Origin: a virus
Lineage: Duplodnaviria; Heunggongvirae; Uroviricota; Caudoviricetes
IMG/VR virus record: IMGVR_UViG_3300049617_000342
Span: 18,536 to 82,535 of that record
Reading direction: 5' to 3' (one strand)
DNA: 64,000 nt
Part shown: positions 27,333 through 36,218 of the stretch, in pieces
How positions within the stretch are numbered: the first letter of the stretch is position 1
How the letters are laid out: each line of letters starts with the position of its first letter
Program-made: the position numbers and the translations under genes
Notes under the pieces: model-generated
What the model was told of the DNA's origin: nothing
Databases searched by the model: none
Seen by the model: the letters and a program-made list of their open reading frames with translations, nothing else

Positions 27333-29048
27333 TCATTGCTGGCTTATCTCCTGAGAAGCCTTGATTATGCCCTCTTGCATTGCGCGGATCTTCTCCGCCT
27401 CCTCGGTGTTCGAGACGGCGATAACCCCACCGAGTGTCATAAGCATCTGCGCGACGGACAGCGAGTTGTCCAGCGCGGTCATGGTCACCTTGGCGGGGTC
27501 CATGATGCCCGCCTCCCACCAGTCCACGTACTTCATCCCCAGAGCGTCGAACACCAGGAACTTGCCGTCCTTGGGGCCGACCAGGTCGGCCGTGTTCTGG
27601 AGGTCCTTCTCGTCTATGAGGCCGGCGTTCTTTAGTATCTGGATGAACGGCATCGCCATGGCCTTCCTGAGGATGCCCTCGGCGCCCTCGGGCGACATCC
27701 CCTTCGCTATCTGGAGCAGCGTGGTTCCTCCACCCGGGACGACGCCCTTCTCGACCGCGCTGCGGACCGAGCTGACCGCGTCGACCACCCGAGCGTGGCG
27801 CTCCTTGGCCTCGAAGCTGGACACGCCGCCGGCATAGACGACCGCGACGCCGCCCGTTAGGCAGCTGATGCGGTACCGTATGCGGTCCTGGTCGAAGTCG
27901 TTGGCGCCCTGCATCTTCTCCTTGAGGTCTGCTATCCTCTTCTCGATCAGCTCGATCTTGGCGTCCGCCTCGACGACGGTGTCGCTCGGGGTGACCTTGA
28001 TCGACCGGGCGAAGCCCATGTTGAGGATGGTGGCCTCCTTGAGCCCGTGGGCCACGGGGTCGAACACCTGCCCGTCGACGTAGGCCGCGAGGTCGTGCAG
28101 GAAGCCCTGCTTGCCGTGCGCCTGGCCGTTCCTGGGGGTGATCAGCGGCATGCACGTGAACCGGCCGAGCCTGAAGTTCTGCGCGAGCAGCTTCAGCACC
28201 GCGTCGGAGTACCTGTGGGCGAAGATGATAAGGGGCGTCATCAGGGCCCGGCCGTTCTCGCCGATCTCCTTGCTGACGTCCGTCATGACTGGGATTATGT
28301 CCTCGGCCACGTTGATCTCGCCGTCGTAGAGCAGCACGTATGCGCCGCCCTCGATCTTCGTGTCGCCGTAGGCGTTGTTGTTGACGAACAGGGTGCTGGC
28401 GGAGCCGCCCAGGTCGCGGAGCCCCGTGGTTATAGGGAAGCCAGGCTTGATCTCGACGCTGGTGTCCGCCCCGGCGCCCTCCTCGGCTATGATCATCCCG
28501 TCCTCGCCTACCTTGTCGGCGGCCTCGGCCACCTTCTCGGCTATCTCGAGGTCGTGGTTGGCGCTGACCTTGGCTACGTGCTTGAGGGCGGCGCGGCTGT
28601 CCTCGACGGACATGCCCTTGATCTGCTTGGCCATGGCCTCGACCGCCGGCTTGACCTTGTCGTTCAGTATGGTCTTGAGCCTGCGGCTGAGCTCCTGGGG
28701 GCTGATGTGCGGGTTCTTCTGGAGGAACTCCTGGCCCTCGCGGACCATGGCGGCAGCCAGCACTATGGCCGTCGTGGTGCCGTCTCCGGCGACCCTAGCG
28801 GTGCGCTCGCAGACCTCCTTGGAGGCGTCCACGACCACCCGCTCGACGGCGCCCTGCTCCGCGTAGTACCTGGATACGGTGACGCCGTCCTTGGTGGACA
28901 GCGGCGCCTTGCCAAGCTCCTGCTCGAGGAGCATGGTGCGCCCGCCGGGGCCGAGGGTCATGCCCACGGCCTTCGACAGGTTGTCTATCGCGGTGAAAAC
29001 CTTGAGCCTGAACTCTGCGCTGTCAAGAAACGTTATCGGTGCCGGCAT
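27333..29048 (-). CDS. groL: chaperonin GroEL (Cpn60)
   Basis: 571 aa, colinear with GroEL. Matches include AGDGTTTA, the equatorial ATP-binding regions, and GGVAVVYAGGVSSFEAKERHARVVDAVSSVRSAVEKGVVPGGG. Confidence 0.9.
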   Translation of the reverse strand: MPAPITFLDSAEFRLKVFTAIDNLSKAVGMTLGPGGRTMLLEQELGKAPLSTKDGVTVSRYYAEQGAVERVVVDASKEVCERTARVAGDGTTTAIVLAAAMVREGQEFLQKNPHISPQELSRRLKTILNDKVKPAVEAMAKQIKGMSVEDSRAALKHVAKVSANHDLEIAEKVAEAADKVGEDGMIIAEEGAGADTSVEIKPGFPITTGLRDLGGSASTLFVNNNAYGDTKIEGGAYVLLYDGEINVAEDIIPVMTDVSKEIGENGRALMTPLIIFAHRYSDAVLKLLAQNFRLGRFTCMPLITPRNGQAHGKQGFLHDLAAYVDGQVFDPVAHGLKEATILNMGFARSIKVTPSDTVVEADAKIELIEKRIADLKEKMQGANDFDQDRIRYRISCLTGGVAVVYAGGVSSFEAKERHARVVDAVSSVRSAVEKGVVPGGGTTLLQIAKGMSPEGAEGILRKAMAMPFIQILKNAGLIDEKDLQNTADLVGPKDGKFLVFDALGMKYVDWWEAGIMDPAKVTMTALDNSLSVAQMLMTLGGVIAVSNTEEAEKIRAMQEGIIKASQEISQQ

Positions 29049-29356
29049 TATTCCTCGTAGTCGTCAGCGTCGTAGTTGTCTTCGCCCAGGACCACGACGT
29101 TGTTGAGGTCTCCGAGGTCGATGATGTTAAGGTCCTTGTCGGTGTCGAGCAGGTAGATGTAGCCCTCGCCGATGTCCTTGACGATGCCCTCGATGTTGTC
29201 CGTATCCGAGTCGGCGTAAACGGCCCTGACCACCTTGCCGGTCACGTGCGCTGCGAGCCTGGCGTACTTGCTGGTCTCTGAAACTCCGTCCGCGGCGAGC
29301 TTCTTGGCCACGGTTCCTGCTAGTGTTGGTGCGTAGTCGATCGTTTCTTCTGTCAT
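29048..29356 (-). CDS. hypothetical acidic protein (102 aa); a co-chaperonin role is speculative
   Basis: Translationally coupled (TAATG) immediately upstream of GroEL. No recognisable GroES or gp31 motifs. Confidence 0.35.
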   Translation of the reverse strand: MTEETIDYAPTLAGTVAKKLAADGVSETSKYARLAAHVTGKVVRAVYADSDTDNIEGIVKDIGEGYIYLLDTDKDLNIIDLGDLNNVVVLGEDNYDADDYEE

Positions 29357-29802
29357 ATGTTTTCCTCCTGGCTCTTGGCCGTGTACTTGCCCTCATAGAG
29401 GGCCTTGGAAACATAAGTGTACTGCAAAAGGAGGTACGAGGGAGGAACCGCCTGGATACCCATCTTGGCGGCGATGCCGTCGGGGTTCGGCTGGAAGCCA
29501 TTCAGCCTTAGGCCCAAGGGTCCGGCTAGGCTGCCGGTGGCTCCGTCCGCCGCCGCTTCGTCAACTTTGGCAGCAAACTCCCTCAGCTCCTGGTCGGTGG
29601 GGGTCTCCGTCTTGCACCTCTTGCCGATGCCTATGACGTAGCGGTTCTTGGTCTCGTCCTCGTAGACGTAATACATCTGCTTATGGACCACGCCGTCGAA
29701 TAGGGCCTTCCTGGTTTCTTCCTTGAATAGGGGCTTTATCTTGTCCGACCAGTCCTCGGTCTGTATTTCGGACCCCTCTTGCATTTTCGCTTCCATTACC
29801 AC
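29353..29802 (-). CDS. hypothetical protein (149 aa)
   Basis: ORF in the track. Confidence 0.4.
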   Translation of the reverse strand: MVMEAKMQEGSEIQTEDWSDKIKPLFKEETRKALFDGVVHKQMYYVYEDETKNRYVIGIGKRCKTETPTDQELREFAAKVDEAAADGATGSLAGPLGLRLNGFQPNPDGIAAKMGIQAVPPSYLLLQYTYVSKALYEGKYTAKSQEENI

Positions 29803-30074
29803 TCCACCTCGAACCTGAGTTCTCCGTTGGGGCCCTTCGTGTCCGGGCCGGGGTTTATGAAGAGCTTTATGCCGCTCTCCGACAGTATCTTCTCCTGCAC
29901 CTTCTCGGCGTACCGCTCGGGCACGTAGAAGTAGGTGTTCTGGAAGCCGAGCCTGGCGTAGCGGAGCATGTGCGCGAAGGCCATGTCGGGCATCCTCACG
30001 ACCTCCTCCCTAGACGCCTTGGTGGCCTTGCCCAGCTTCTGGGCCCAGCTACCCTTCTTCTTCCGTCTCATCAT
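29796..30074 (-). CDS. hypothetical protein (~92 aa)
   Basis: Internal ATG chosen to avoid a 176-nt overlap with the upstream gene. Confidence 0.3.
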   Translation of the reverse strand: MMRRKKKGSWAQKLGKATKASREEVVRMPDMAFAHMLRYARLGFQNTYFYVPERYAEKVQEKILSESGIKLFINPGPDTKGPNGELRFEVEW

Positions 30075-30726
30075 CCGCCTTACGGTGGCCACGGGCCCAG
30101 TCCGTCCGAAGTTGGTTAGGGAGTCCGCCGTCATGGTAGTTGAGGCCAAGCGCATCGCATTGCTCCTGTATGGTGGGGTTCCCCCACGGGTCCAGTATCT
30201 TGTCGCCCTTGCCCAGGCCGGCAAGCTGTATCAGGTTCAGTATCACGAGCGAGGGGAGCAGCCTCCTCTCCCTGCGGTCGCAGCGGACGGGCCAGTGGTC
30301 GCCGATGCAGGTGAGGAACTCGTCCTCGTCGAACTGCTCCTCTCGCCCCGCCGCCCCGCGCCTGGGCCGGGCTGGGCCGTCCCTGTCTATGTGCCAGTCC
30401 TTGCCCCTACAGAGGACGGCTATGGGCTCCCAGGCGTTGGTGATCCGCCTGCTCCTCGTGGTCACGACGTGCCTGTCCCTGTGCCACGATATGAGCGACA
30501 CGAGGTGGAAGCCGGCGATCTCCAGCTCGGTCAGGAGCTTGGCGCCGTTGCCCGGGGCATCCACGTGTATCGGCATCGAGAGGCATATCAGGCCGCGCTT
30601 GTCGACCTGGCTGGCCTGGTCTATCACCGGGGCCGAGTCCCACGTCTTGGCGTACGGCATCCTGGATATGAGTGCCTGGAAGCTTCCCCTCTCCGGCACC
30701 ACCACGCTGCTCTTCTTGGCCGCCAC
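30049..30726 (-). CDS. hypothetical protein (225 aa); weak resemblance to circularly permuted DNA methyltransferases
   Basis: A late ILDPWGNP segment is reminiscent of MTase motif I (ILDPFxGSG) but lacks GxG, and there is no clean DPPY motif. Confidence 0.3.
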   Translation of the reverse strand: MAAKKSSVVVPERGSFQALISRMPYAKTWDSAPVIDQASQVDKRGLICLSMPIHVDAPGNGAKLLTELEIAGFHLVSLISWHRDRHVVTTRSRRITNAWEPIAVLCRGKDWHIDRDGPARPRRGAAGREEQFDEDEFLTCIGDHWPVRCDRRERRLLPSLVILNLIQLAGLGKGDKILDPWGNPTIQEQCDALGLNYHDGGLPNQLRTDWARGHRKADDETEEEG

Positions 30727-30736
30727 TGTCTCTCCG

Positions 30737-30991
30737 TTACCTGTAGGTGCAGCTTACGGCGACGCTTCCGTTGGAGTGGGAGAGGACCACGGTGCACTGC
30801 CTGTCTCCGCGGTCGCACTCGTAGATGTCGGCGAAGTCGACCTTCTCGCTGAGCCTACAGTTCGAGTCCAGTATGGGCTCCGCGGGGACCGCGGGCGGGT
30901 GCTTGATGCCGTAGTACGCCCCGCCGCCCACACCGACCAGGATCAGCGCGACGGCCAGCAGCAGGACAGCGTCAAACAGACTTAGTTTCAA
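30737..30991 (-). CDS. small membrane protein (84 aa)
   Basis: N-terminal TM helix LFDAVLLLAVALILVGVGGGAYY. C-terminal Cys-containing domain. Confidence 0.4.
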   Translation of the reverse strand: MKLSLFDAVLLLAVALILVGVGGGAYYGIKHPPAVPAEPILDSNCRLSEKVDFADIYECDRGDRQCTVVLSHSNGSVAVSCTYR

Positions 30992-31223
30992 GTGCGAGTA
31001 CCTCGTCCTTCGGGACGGCCACTATGCGGATGTCCCCGTTCACGAACATGATTGGTGCGGTGATCTTGAATTTCTTCACGAAGTTGTTGACGGAGTGGAC
31101 GAACATCCTCATGCCGTGGGAGCCGAAGTTCTCGTCGAGGTACACGACGAGGAACTCGCCTGGCTTCACGTCGACGTGGGCTATCCGTTCTACGAGCGCT
31201 TCTGGTGTTAGCGTCTCTGACAT
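30972..31223 (-). CDS. hypothetical protein (83 aa)
   Basis: ORF in the track. Confidence 0.4.
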   Translation of the reverse strand: MSETLTPEALVERIAHVDVKPGEFLVVYLDENFGSHGMRMFVHSVNNFVKKFKITAPIMFVNGDIRIVAVPKDEVLALETKSV

Positions 31224-31294
31224 TTGTCCCCAAAAAGTGAAAGGGCACCGGAGAATTTCCGATGCCCTTATAGTTTACCTTTGGGTACTACTAC

Positions 31295-32704
31295 TTAGCT
31301 GTTGTTGGCCTTTGGGTCGATCAGCGTCTTGCTGGTTTTGTCCTCGAGTTTGCCGAGGTATCCAGGTGCGTCGATACCGCTGCTCTTGAGCATCTCGTGG
31401 AAGCCTGGTAGCATCCCCGCGAAACTCTTCACGAAGCCAGCGACTCCGCTGTCCCCGTTTCCGCTTCCACCGTCGAAGACCACGACCTTGTCGAACTTGA
31501 GGTTCTTGATTGCCTCGGTCTGCTTGGTGACGAGCGTCTCCATCTTCTCGATCATTAGGAGTGTTGGTGCGAGCTCAGGCGATGCTGCCGCGATGAGGTT
31601 CTTGTAGCCGGCTGCCTTGGCGTCGAGGACGAGCTGGATTCCTTTGGCTTCCGCCTCGTACTTGGCGAGGATACCGTCTGCCTGCCCCTTCGCCTCGATG
31701 CGGGTCTTCTCTGCGTTGGCGTTTGCCTGTGTCTCGATGATGCTCTTGGTTACTTGTTGCTGCGCGAGTTGCTCCTTCTCGAGCTTGGCGAGCTCTTTCT
31801 CTTTTTCCGCCTTGAAGACCGCTGTTGCGGCTTCGGCTTGGGCTACCTGACCGGCTCTGGTCGCGGTTGCCTTGGCCACTTCCAAGGTTGCGTTGTAGCT
31901 GGCGATCTTGGCGTTCGCGTCGTTCTCACCCTTGATTGCGTTGGAGTTGAACTCGGCGACCTTGATTCTCTGGTTGGATGTCGCTTCTTGCTTCCCCACC
32001 TCTGCTGCGGCGTTCTGCTGGGCGACGCTGACCTGTTGGTCCTTGGTGGCTGTTGCTACGCCGATTTCCCCGTCCTTGTTGCGGCCGGCTACGGCGATCT
32101 TGGCTTCGTTCAAGGCACCGGCTATGGCGTTCTGGCCGATAGCCTTGAGGTACCCGGACTCGTCGGTGATGTCGTGGATGTTGACGTTGATGATCTCTAG
32201 GCCGATCTTGTGGAGCTCAAGGTTGACGTTGTCGTCGACCGTCTTGAGGAACTTGTCTCGGTTGCTGTTGATCTCCTCGATCTGCAAGGTCGCTATTGCG
32301 AGACGGAGCTGGCCGAGAACCATGTCCCGTGCCTGGGTCATTATCTCTTCCTTCTTCAAGCCGAGCAAGCGCTCTGCCGCGTTCTGCATGATCTCGGGTT
32401 TGGTCGAGATCGCGACCGTGAAGGTGGAGGGGATGCTTACCCGGATGTTGTTCTTCGCCAAGGCGCCCTGAAGGTCGACCTCGAGCGCGAACGGGTAGAG
32501 CGACATGTACGCGTAGTCCTGGATGAGCGGGATTACGAACGCGCCGCCGCCGTGGATGCAGCGTGCGGTCTGGTTGCCGCCGACGCGGCCGTAGATGACT
32601 AGGATCTCGTTCGAGGCGCAGCGCTTGTACTGGTTGACCGCGAAGAGGAGGCCGAACAGGAATATTGCCGCCGGCACGACGTAAAGCGCTATGGTTCCAA
32701 ACAT
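31295..32704 (-). CDS. flotillin-like SPFH/Band-7 protein (YqiK-like)
   Basis: N-terminal TM, then an SPFH domain (…VIPLIQDYAYMSL…), then a long Ala/Glu-rich coiled-coil 'flotillin' region (AQAEAATAVFKAEKEKELAKLEKEQLAQQQ…). Confidence 0.75.
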   Translation of the reverse strand: MFGTIALYVVPAAIFLFGLLFAVNQYKRCASNEILVIYGRVGGNQTARCIHGGGAFVIPLIQDYAYMSLYPFALEVDLQGALAKNNIRVSIPSTFTVAISTKPEIMQNAAERLLGLKKEEIMTQARDMVLGQLRLAIATLQIEEINSNRDKFLKTVDDNVNLELHKIGLEIINVNIHDITDESGYLKAIGQNAIAGALNEAKIAVAGRNKDGEIGVATATKDQQVSVAQQNAAAEVGKQEATSNQRIKVAEFNSNAIKGENDANAKIASYNATLEVAKATATRAGQVAQAEAATAVFKAEKEKELAKLEKEQLAQQQVTKSIIETQANANAEKTRIEAKGQADGILAKYEAEAKGIQLVLDAKAAGYKNLIAAASPELAPTLLMIEKMETLVTKQTEAIKNLKFDKVVVFDGGSGNGDSGVAGFVKSFAGMLPGFHEMLKSSGIDAPGYLGKLEDKTSKTLIDPKANNS

Positions 32705-33295
32705 TTAACTCTCCTTTGATTGTAGGCCGACAATCGGCTCGACGAGTAGTTTACCATCGTATATCCCCGCAACGCGAATGCGCTGAAAGGCCTTGACTTC
32801 CCCGGACTTGACGATCGCCTCGAACTCCTTGAGGCCGCCGAGGGACTGGATCTGGACCGTCGCCTTGCCGTCCTCCTTGGGGAGGTAGACCATGCCGTTC
32901 TTGCCGACCATCGAGGCCATGTCGAGCTCGTAGTCCGGGGTCTTGTCCAGCCTCTTTATCAGGTACATCACCGTGCTGGTGAGGACCATGGTGGCGAAGC
33001 CCGCCGCGAAGGCGAGGGCCGCGGTGGCGGCGGACGAGAAGCCGTGCTCGAATCTAAAGGACAGGCCCGACCAGCCGAAGCCCATCAGGAAGCCGAAGAT
33101 CGAGATGATCGATAGTAGCTTGAACTGGTTGTCCGAGTGGTTCGCCGTGGCGTGGGGGTGCCCGACGTCGTGGACGTGGACCTCGCCGAGGCCGTGGGCG
33201 GCGCCCATCACGTCTCCGACGAAGATCGAGATCAGCCGGAAGCCGAACAGGATCGAGCCGAAGCTCGCGATAGCCATGTAGAACTTGTATTCCAT
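32705..33295 (-). CDS. NfeD-like membrane protein (YqiJ-like partner of SPFH proteins)
   Basis: Multi-TM N-terminus plus a C-terminal soluble beta (OB-like) domain. Immediately upstream of, and stop/start-adjacent to, the flotillin gene, matching the conserved NfeD–SPFH operon arrangement. Confidence 0.6.
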   Translation of the reverse strand: MEYKFYMAIASFGSILFGFRLISIFVGDVMGAAHGLGEVHVHDVGHPHATANHSDNQFKLLSIISIFGFLMGFGWSGLSFRFEHGFSSAATAALAFAAGFATMVLTSTVMYLIKRLDKTPDYELDMASMVGKNGMVYLPKEDGKATVQIQSLGGLKEFEAIVKSGEVKAFQRIRVAGIYDGKLLVEPIVGLQSKES

Positions 33296-33657
33296 TATTT
33301 TGCCCTCTCGACGAGCGCCGCTATGGCGCTGGTTATTTCATAGTCTCCGGCCACCGGCGCGTTGGCCGATATCTGGCCCGGCTTCGGCGCGGCCCTGCTC
33401 CCCGGGTTCCAGGCGCCGTCCACCACGCCGCTGCCCGAGAGCATCTTGATCAGCCCGGTCGCCTCGCCCAGGAACTTCTGGCTATCCACGACGAACGACA
33501 GCCCCGCCAGGGCGGCTGCGACGACGTCGGTGCTCTGGTACGGTGTCGGGTCCCGGAGGACGTCCAGGTCACTCGCGGCCGTGACGAGCTCTTCCCCGGA
33601 CTGGGGGCTCAGCTTCTTCCTGTTCCGGGGCGACGACAGTTGGTCGTAGGTTATCAT
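33295..33657 (-). CDS. hypothetical protein (120 aa)
   Basis: ORF in the track. Confidence 0.4.
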   Translation of the reverse strand: MITYDQLSSPRNRKKLSPQSGEELVTAASDLDVLRDPTPYQSTDVVAAALAGLSFVVDSQKFLGEATGLIKMLSGSGVVDGAWNPGSRAAPKPGQISANAPVAGDYEITSAIAALVERAK

Positions 33658-33668
33658 GCGCTGGAATT

Positions 33669-33893
33669 CTACGCGGGTCCATGGCCTCCACGGTTTCGCT
33701 CAGCTTTTTTGGTCCTGACCCTGATCTCCTCGGCCTCCTGGACCTGGTCGTCGAGCGTGAGGCCTGCGGACTTCAGGACCTTGACGAAGCCGCCCTGGAC
33801 GCCGCCGAGTATCGAGATGACGAAGAAGGCGGCCACGGGGTTCGCGGTCGCCCAGTTGACGAGCCTCTCCGCGAATTTCACAAGGTCATCCAC
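33669..33893 (-). CDS. small membrane protein (74 aa)
   Basis: Central hydrophobic helix PVAAFFVISILGGVQGGFV. Confidence 0.35.
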   Translation of the reverse strand: MDDLVKFAERLVNWATANPVAAFFVISILGGVQGGFVKVLKSAGLTLDDQVQEAEEIRVRTKKAERNRGGHGPA

Positions 33894-33938
33894 CGCTTCC
33901 GACCCTCAGCCTTATGCAGGCGCCCGTCAGCGGGTGGC

Positions 33939-34394
33939 TCATTCGCTGCACATGCAGTGGGTGCCGTGCTCGTCCATGTGTATCTCCTTGAGCCTCTTGT
34001 GGCCGGCGTCCGACCAGCAGATCGCGCGGCAGTACATCTCGCCCTGGAAGCCGGTGTCGTTCCTGATGTTGTCGCGCTCCTCGTCCATGACCGCGTCGCA
34101 GAGCAGCTCCACCGAGCCGTCGAAGTTCCCGGTCCAGTAGTCCGAGGCCTTCGTGATGATCTCCTTGTCCTCGTCGGCGAAGGGGCCGTTCCTCATGTCG
34201 CTGGCGAAGGCGTACATGCCCTCGACGCACCCGGAGTGCCAGGCGTAGGGGTCGAGCGGCGGAGGAGAGGCGGGCTTCTCCACGGGCACGCCGTCCGCTA
34301 TCCGAGGCTCCTGGATCGCCCTGTGCGAGAGCACGCCGGCGAAGACCGCGGAGGCCAGGGCGGCACCGACCACGAAGCCAAACAGTGTCCTCAT
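33939..34394 (-). CDS. secreted Cys-rich protein (151 aa)
   Basis: Internal ATG (MRTLFGFVVGAALASAVFAGVL is a signal peptide) with GGAGGA RBS. Eight Cys in the mature part. The N-terminal part of the track ORF is shadow. Confidence 0.45.
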   Translation of the reverse strand: MRTLFGFVVGAALASAVFAGVLSHRAIQEPRIADGVPVEKPASPPPLDPYAWHSGCVEGMYAFASDMRNGPFADEDKEIITKASDYWTGNFDGSVELLCDAVMDEERDNIRNDTGFQGEMYCRAICWSDAGHKRLKEIHMDEHGTHCMCSE

Positions 34395-34537
34395 CAGCAC
34401 ATCCTCCATCCGAATAGGTACGCTATCGACAGCAGGATCAGGAGCGCCACGGGGACGCCGGTGGCGTACTCGAGGGCGCACACGGCCACGAGGGTCGCTG
34501 CGGATGCTCCGGCTGCTGTCAGGATTATCTTTTTCAC
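34394..34537 (-). CDS. possible small membrane protein (47 aa, GTG start)
   Basis: VKKIILTAAGASAATLVAVCALEYATGVPVALLILLSIAYLFGWRMC. Its stop overlaps the ATG of the downstream secreted protein (TGATG). Below the track size cut-off. Confidence 0.25.
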   Translation of the reverse strand: MKKIILTAAGASAATLVAVCALEYATGVPVALLILLSIAYLFGWRMC

Positions 34538-34672
34538 GTTTGTATTTTACGGTCCTGGCGCGGGGGAGTGAGCCCCCGCCGGCGGGATTGCCTCTCGGCG
34601 ACACAGGTCACTAGCCCGTGAGGGTGGCGTTCCCATACCAGGTGCCGTTGCCACCAACAGGCAAAATGAAGT

Positions 34673-34993
34673 CTACTCGCAGTAGTGGAGCAGGAGCCAG
34701 GGGTACCTGTGGCGCTTGTCGGCGGGGCGGACCTCGCGGGCCCACTGCTGGGTGCCCTGCAGGACGATGCCCCAGCAGAGCGGCTCGTCGCGGCAGCGGT
34801 GGCAGGCCCTCAGCTCGTGCTCGCCCAGGCACCCGTCCTCGGGCTGGGACCTCTTGATCAGCCAGACCTCCTCGGCCGCGGCGTCGTTGGACTCGGCGAA
34901 GTCGGCGAGGTCCCTGGCGCCGAACGTGGGCTCGGGCATGGATGGCGTGCAGGCGAGGAGGAGCAGCAGCGCGAGGGGGCTAGGCACCTTCAT
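34673..34993 (-). CDS. secreted protein / possible lipoprotein (106 aa)
   Basis: Signal peptide MKVPSPLALLLLLAC (lipobox-like L-L-A-C), then a mature domain with 6 Cys. Confidence 0.4.
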   Translation of the reverse strand: MKVPSPLALLLLLACTPSMPEPTFGARDLADFAESNDAAAEEVWLIKRSQPEDGCLGEHELRACHRCRDEPLCWGIVLQGTQQWAREVRPADKRHRYPWLLLHYCE

Positions 34994-35243
34994 TCTTGAT
35001 GGCTTCCATGTGCCTGCGGATGTAGCGCATGAACAGGATGGCCTTGTCCTCGGCGAGGAACGTGGCGTTGCCTATGTCGCTGGTGGGCACGGGGAAGAGG
35101 AAGTGGTCGTCGGTCTCGTAGAAGAGCTGCGCGTCCCTGTAGTAGGCGAAGCGCACCCTGCCCCTGACGCGGTCCTTGAGCGTCACGGGTTGCCGAAGAG
35201 GGAGTGTATCGCCCTGAACACGTCGTAGCCGGTGACCATCCAC
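34980..35243 (-). CDS. hypothetical protein (87 aa)
   Basis: ORF in the track. Confidence 0.3.
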   Translation of the reverse strand: MDGHRLRRVQGDTLPLRQPVTLKDRVRGRVRFAYYRDAQLFYETDDHFLFPVPTSDIGNATFLAEDKAILFMRYIRRHMEAIKNEGA

Positions 35244-35341
35244 GTCACCATGCCGAGGACGACCACCGCAAGGGAGACACCGAGGTAGACGACCAGCAGG
35301 GCCCCGACGAACTTCGCCCCGGTTCTGAGGACCTTAGTCAC
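35183..35341 (-). CDS. small membrane protein (52 aa, GTG start)
   Basis: VTKVLRTGAKFVGALLVVYLGVSLAVVVLGMVTWMV… GTG overlaps the upstream stop (GTGA). Confidence 0.3.
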   Translation of the reverse strand: MTKVLRTGAKFVGALLVVYLGVSLAVVVLGMVTWMVTGYDVFRAIHSLFGNP

Positions 35342-35517
35342 TTGCCGTCTTCCATCCCCTGCGTCGGCGCGCCGAGCAGGTAGCCTGTCGCCTTGTCCTT
35401 CACCGTCGAGCCCACGACGTAGAGCACGGGGAGGCTGATGGCCAGCGCCACGATGCCCAGGAACAGCTGCGCCAGGAAGATGCCGATGCCGAGCTTGAAT
35501 CCGTCCTTGACTGTCAT
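35338..35517 (-). CDS. small membrane protein (59 aa)
   Basis: MTVKDGFKLGIGIFLAQLFLGIVALAISLPVLYVVG… First gene of the leftward block. Confidence 0.35.
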   Translation of the reverse strand: MTVKDGFKLGIGIFLAQLFLGIVALAISLPVLYVVGSTVKDKATGYLLGAPTQGMEDGK

Positions 35518-35557
35518 GTTTTCTCCTTTTCCCATTTGTATCAGTATACTTCTGCAA
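35518..35557. promoter_or_regulatory. AT-richer divergent intergenic region between leftward and rightward gene blocks
   Basis: It is the only noticeably A/T-enriched 40 bp stretch in this part of the window (ttttctccttttcccatttgtatcagtatacttctgcaa). It contains TTGTAT and TATACT hexamers, and genes diverge on both sides. Confidence 0.3.
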
Positions 35558-36136
35558 ATGTCTGTCGACAAAAAGAACCACAACGACTTCATCCAGGCGC
35601 GCGGCCACTACTCCACCGTCCCCAACGAGATCTGGGAGAGGGGGGACCTCGACCACCTGGCCAAGGTGGTGTGGTGCTACATCCTGAGCCGGGCCCCCGA
35701 CTGGGGCTCGAGCCGGAACAACCTCGCCAGGAACCTGAAGATGGGCAAGGACCAGGCCACCCGCTGCATCGGGGACCTGGAGCGCCTGGGGATGCTCAGG
35801 GTGACCAAGAGCTTCGGCGAGCGCGGCTGGGACTTCGAGGTCGTCCCCCCCACCGGGTGGTCACCGGAGTCCACTGGACCAGATCTGGTCCGGGGGCGGA
35901 CTAGGCCCCAGTCCACACACAATAAGCAAAACGTTATTAATAAACATATTAAAGAGGCTTCGAAACGTAAGCCATCGAAACCAGGTTGGAGGAGGAGCGA
36001 GGTCTCCGAGAAGACCGGGTTTGAGAGGGAGAGCGGGCGGTGGCCTCATGACCCCGAGGGCGACGCCCTCAGGAAGAGGATGAGGGCCGAGGACCGGGAC
36101 CGCGCGTGGCGCGACTCCAAGAAGCAGGACCAGTAG
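35558..36136 (+). CDS. hypothetical DNA-binding (winged-helix-like) protein, basic C-terminus
   Basis: Internal ATG (MSVDKKNHNDF…). The segment QATRCIGDLERLGMLRV is HTH/wHTH-like. The K/R-rich tail looks like a replication-initiator or regulator. Confidence 0.4.
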   Translation: MSVDKKNHNDFIQARGHYSTVPNEIWERGDLDHLAKVVWCYILSRAPDWGSSRNNLARNLKMGKDQATRCIGDLERLGMLRVTKSFGERGWDFEVVPPTGWSPESTGPDLVRGRTRPQSTHNKQNVINKHIKEASKRKPSKPGWRRSEVSEKTGFERESGRWPHDPEGDALRKRMRAEDRDRAWRDSKKQDQ

Positions 36137-36146
36137 AATGTGCCCG

Positions 36147-36161
36147 AGGCTCTCAGAGCCT
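36147..36161. promoter_or_regulatory. perfect 15-bp palindrome AGGCTCTcAGAGCCT
   Basis: It sits immediately after the stop of the 35558 gene and before the aminotransferase gene. It could be an operator or a short terminator stem. Confidence 0.25.
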
Positions 36162-36218
36162 TGCGGAACCCAGGGGGCCACCGCCAGAAATGGCTCCCGA
36201 ACTTTTCACGGAGAACCG

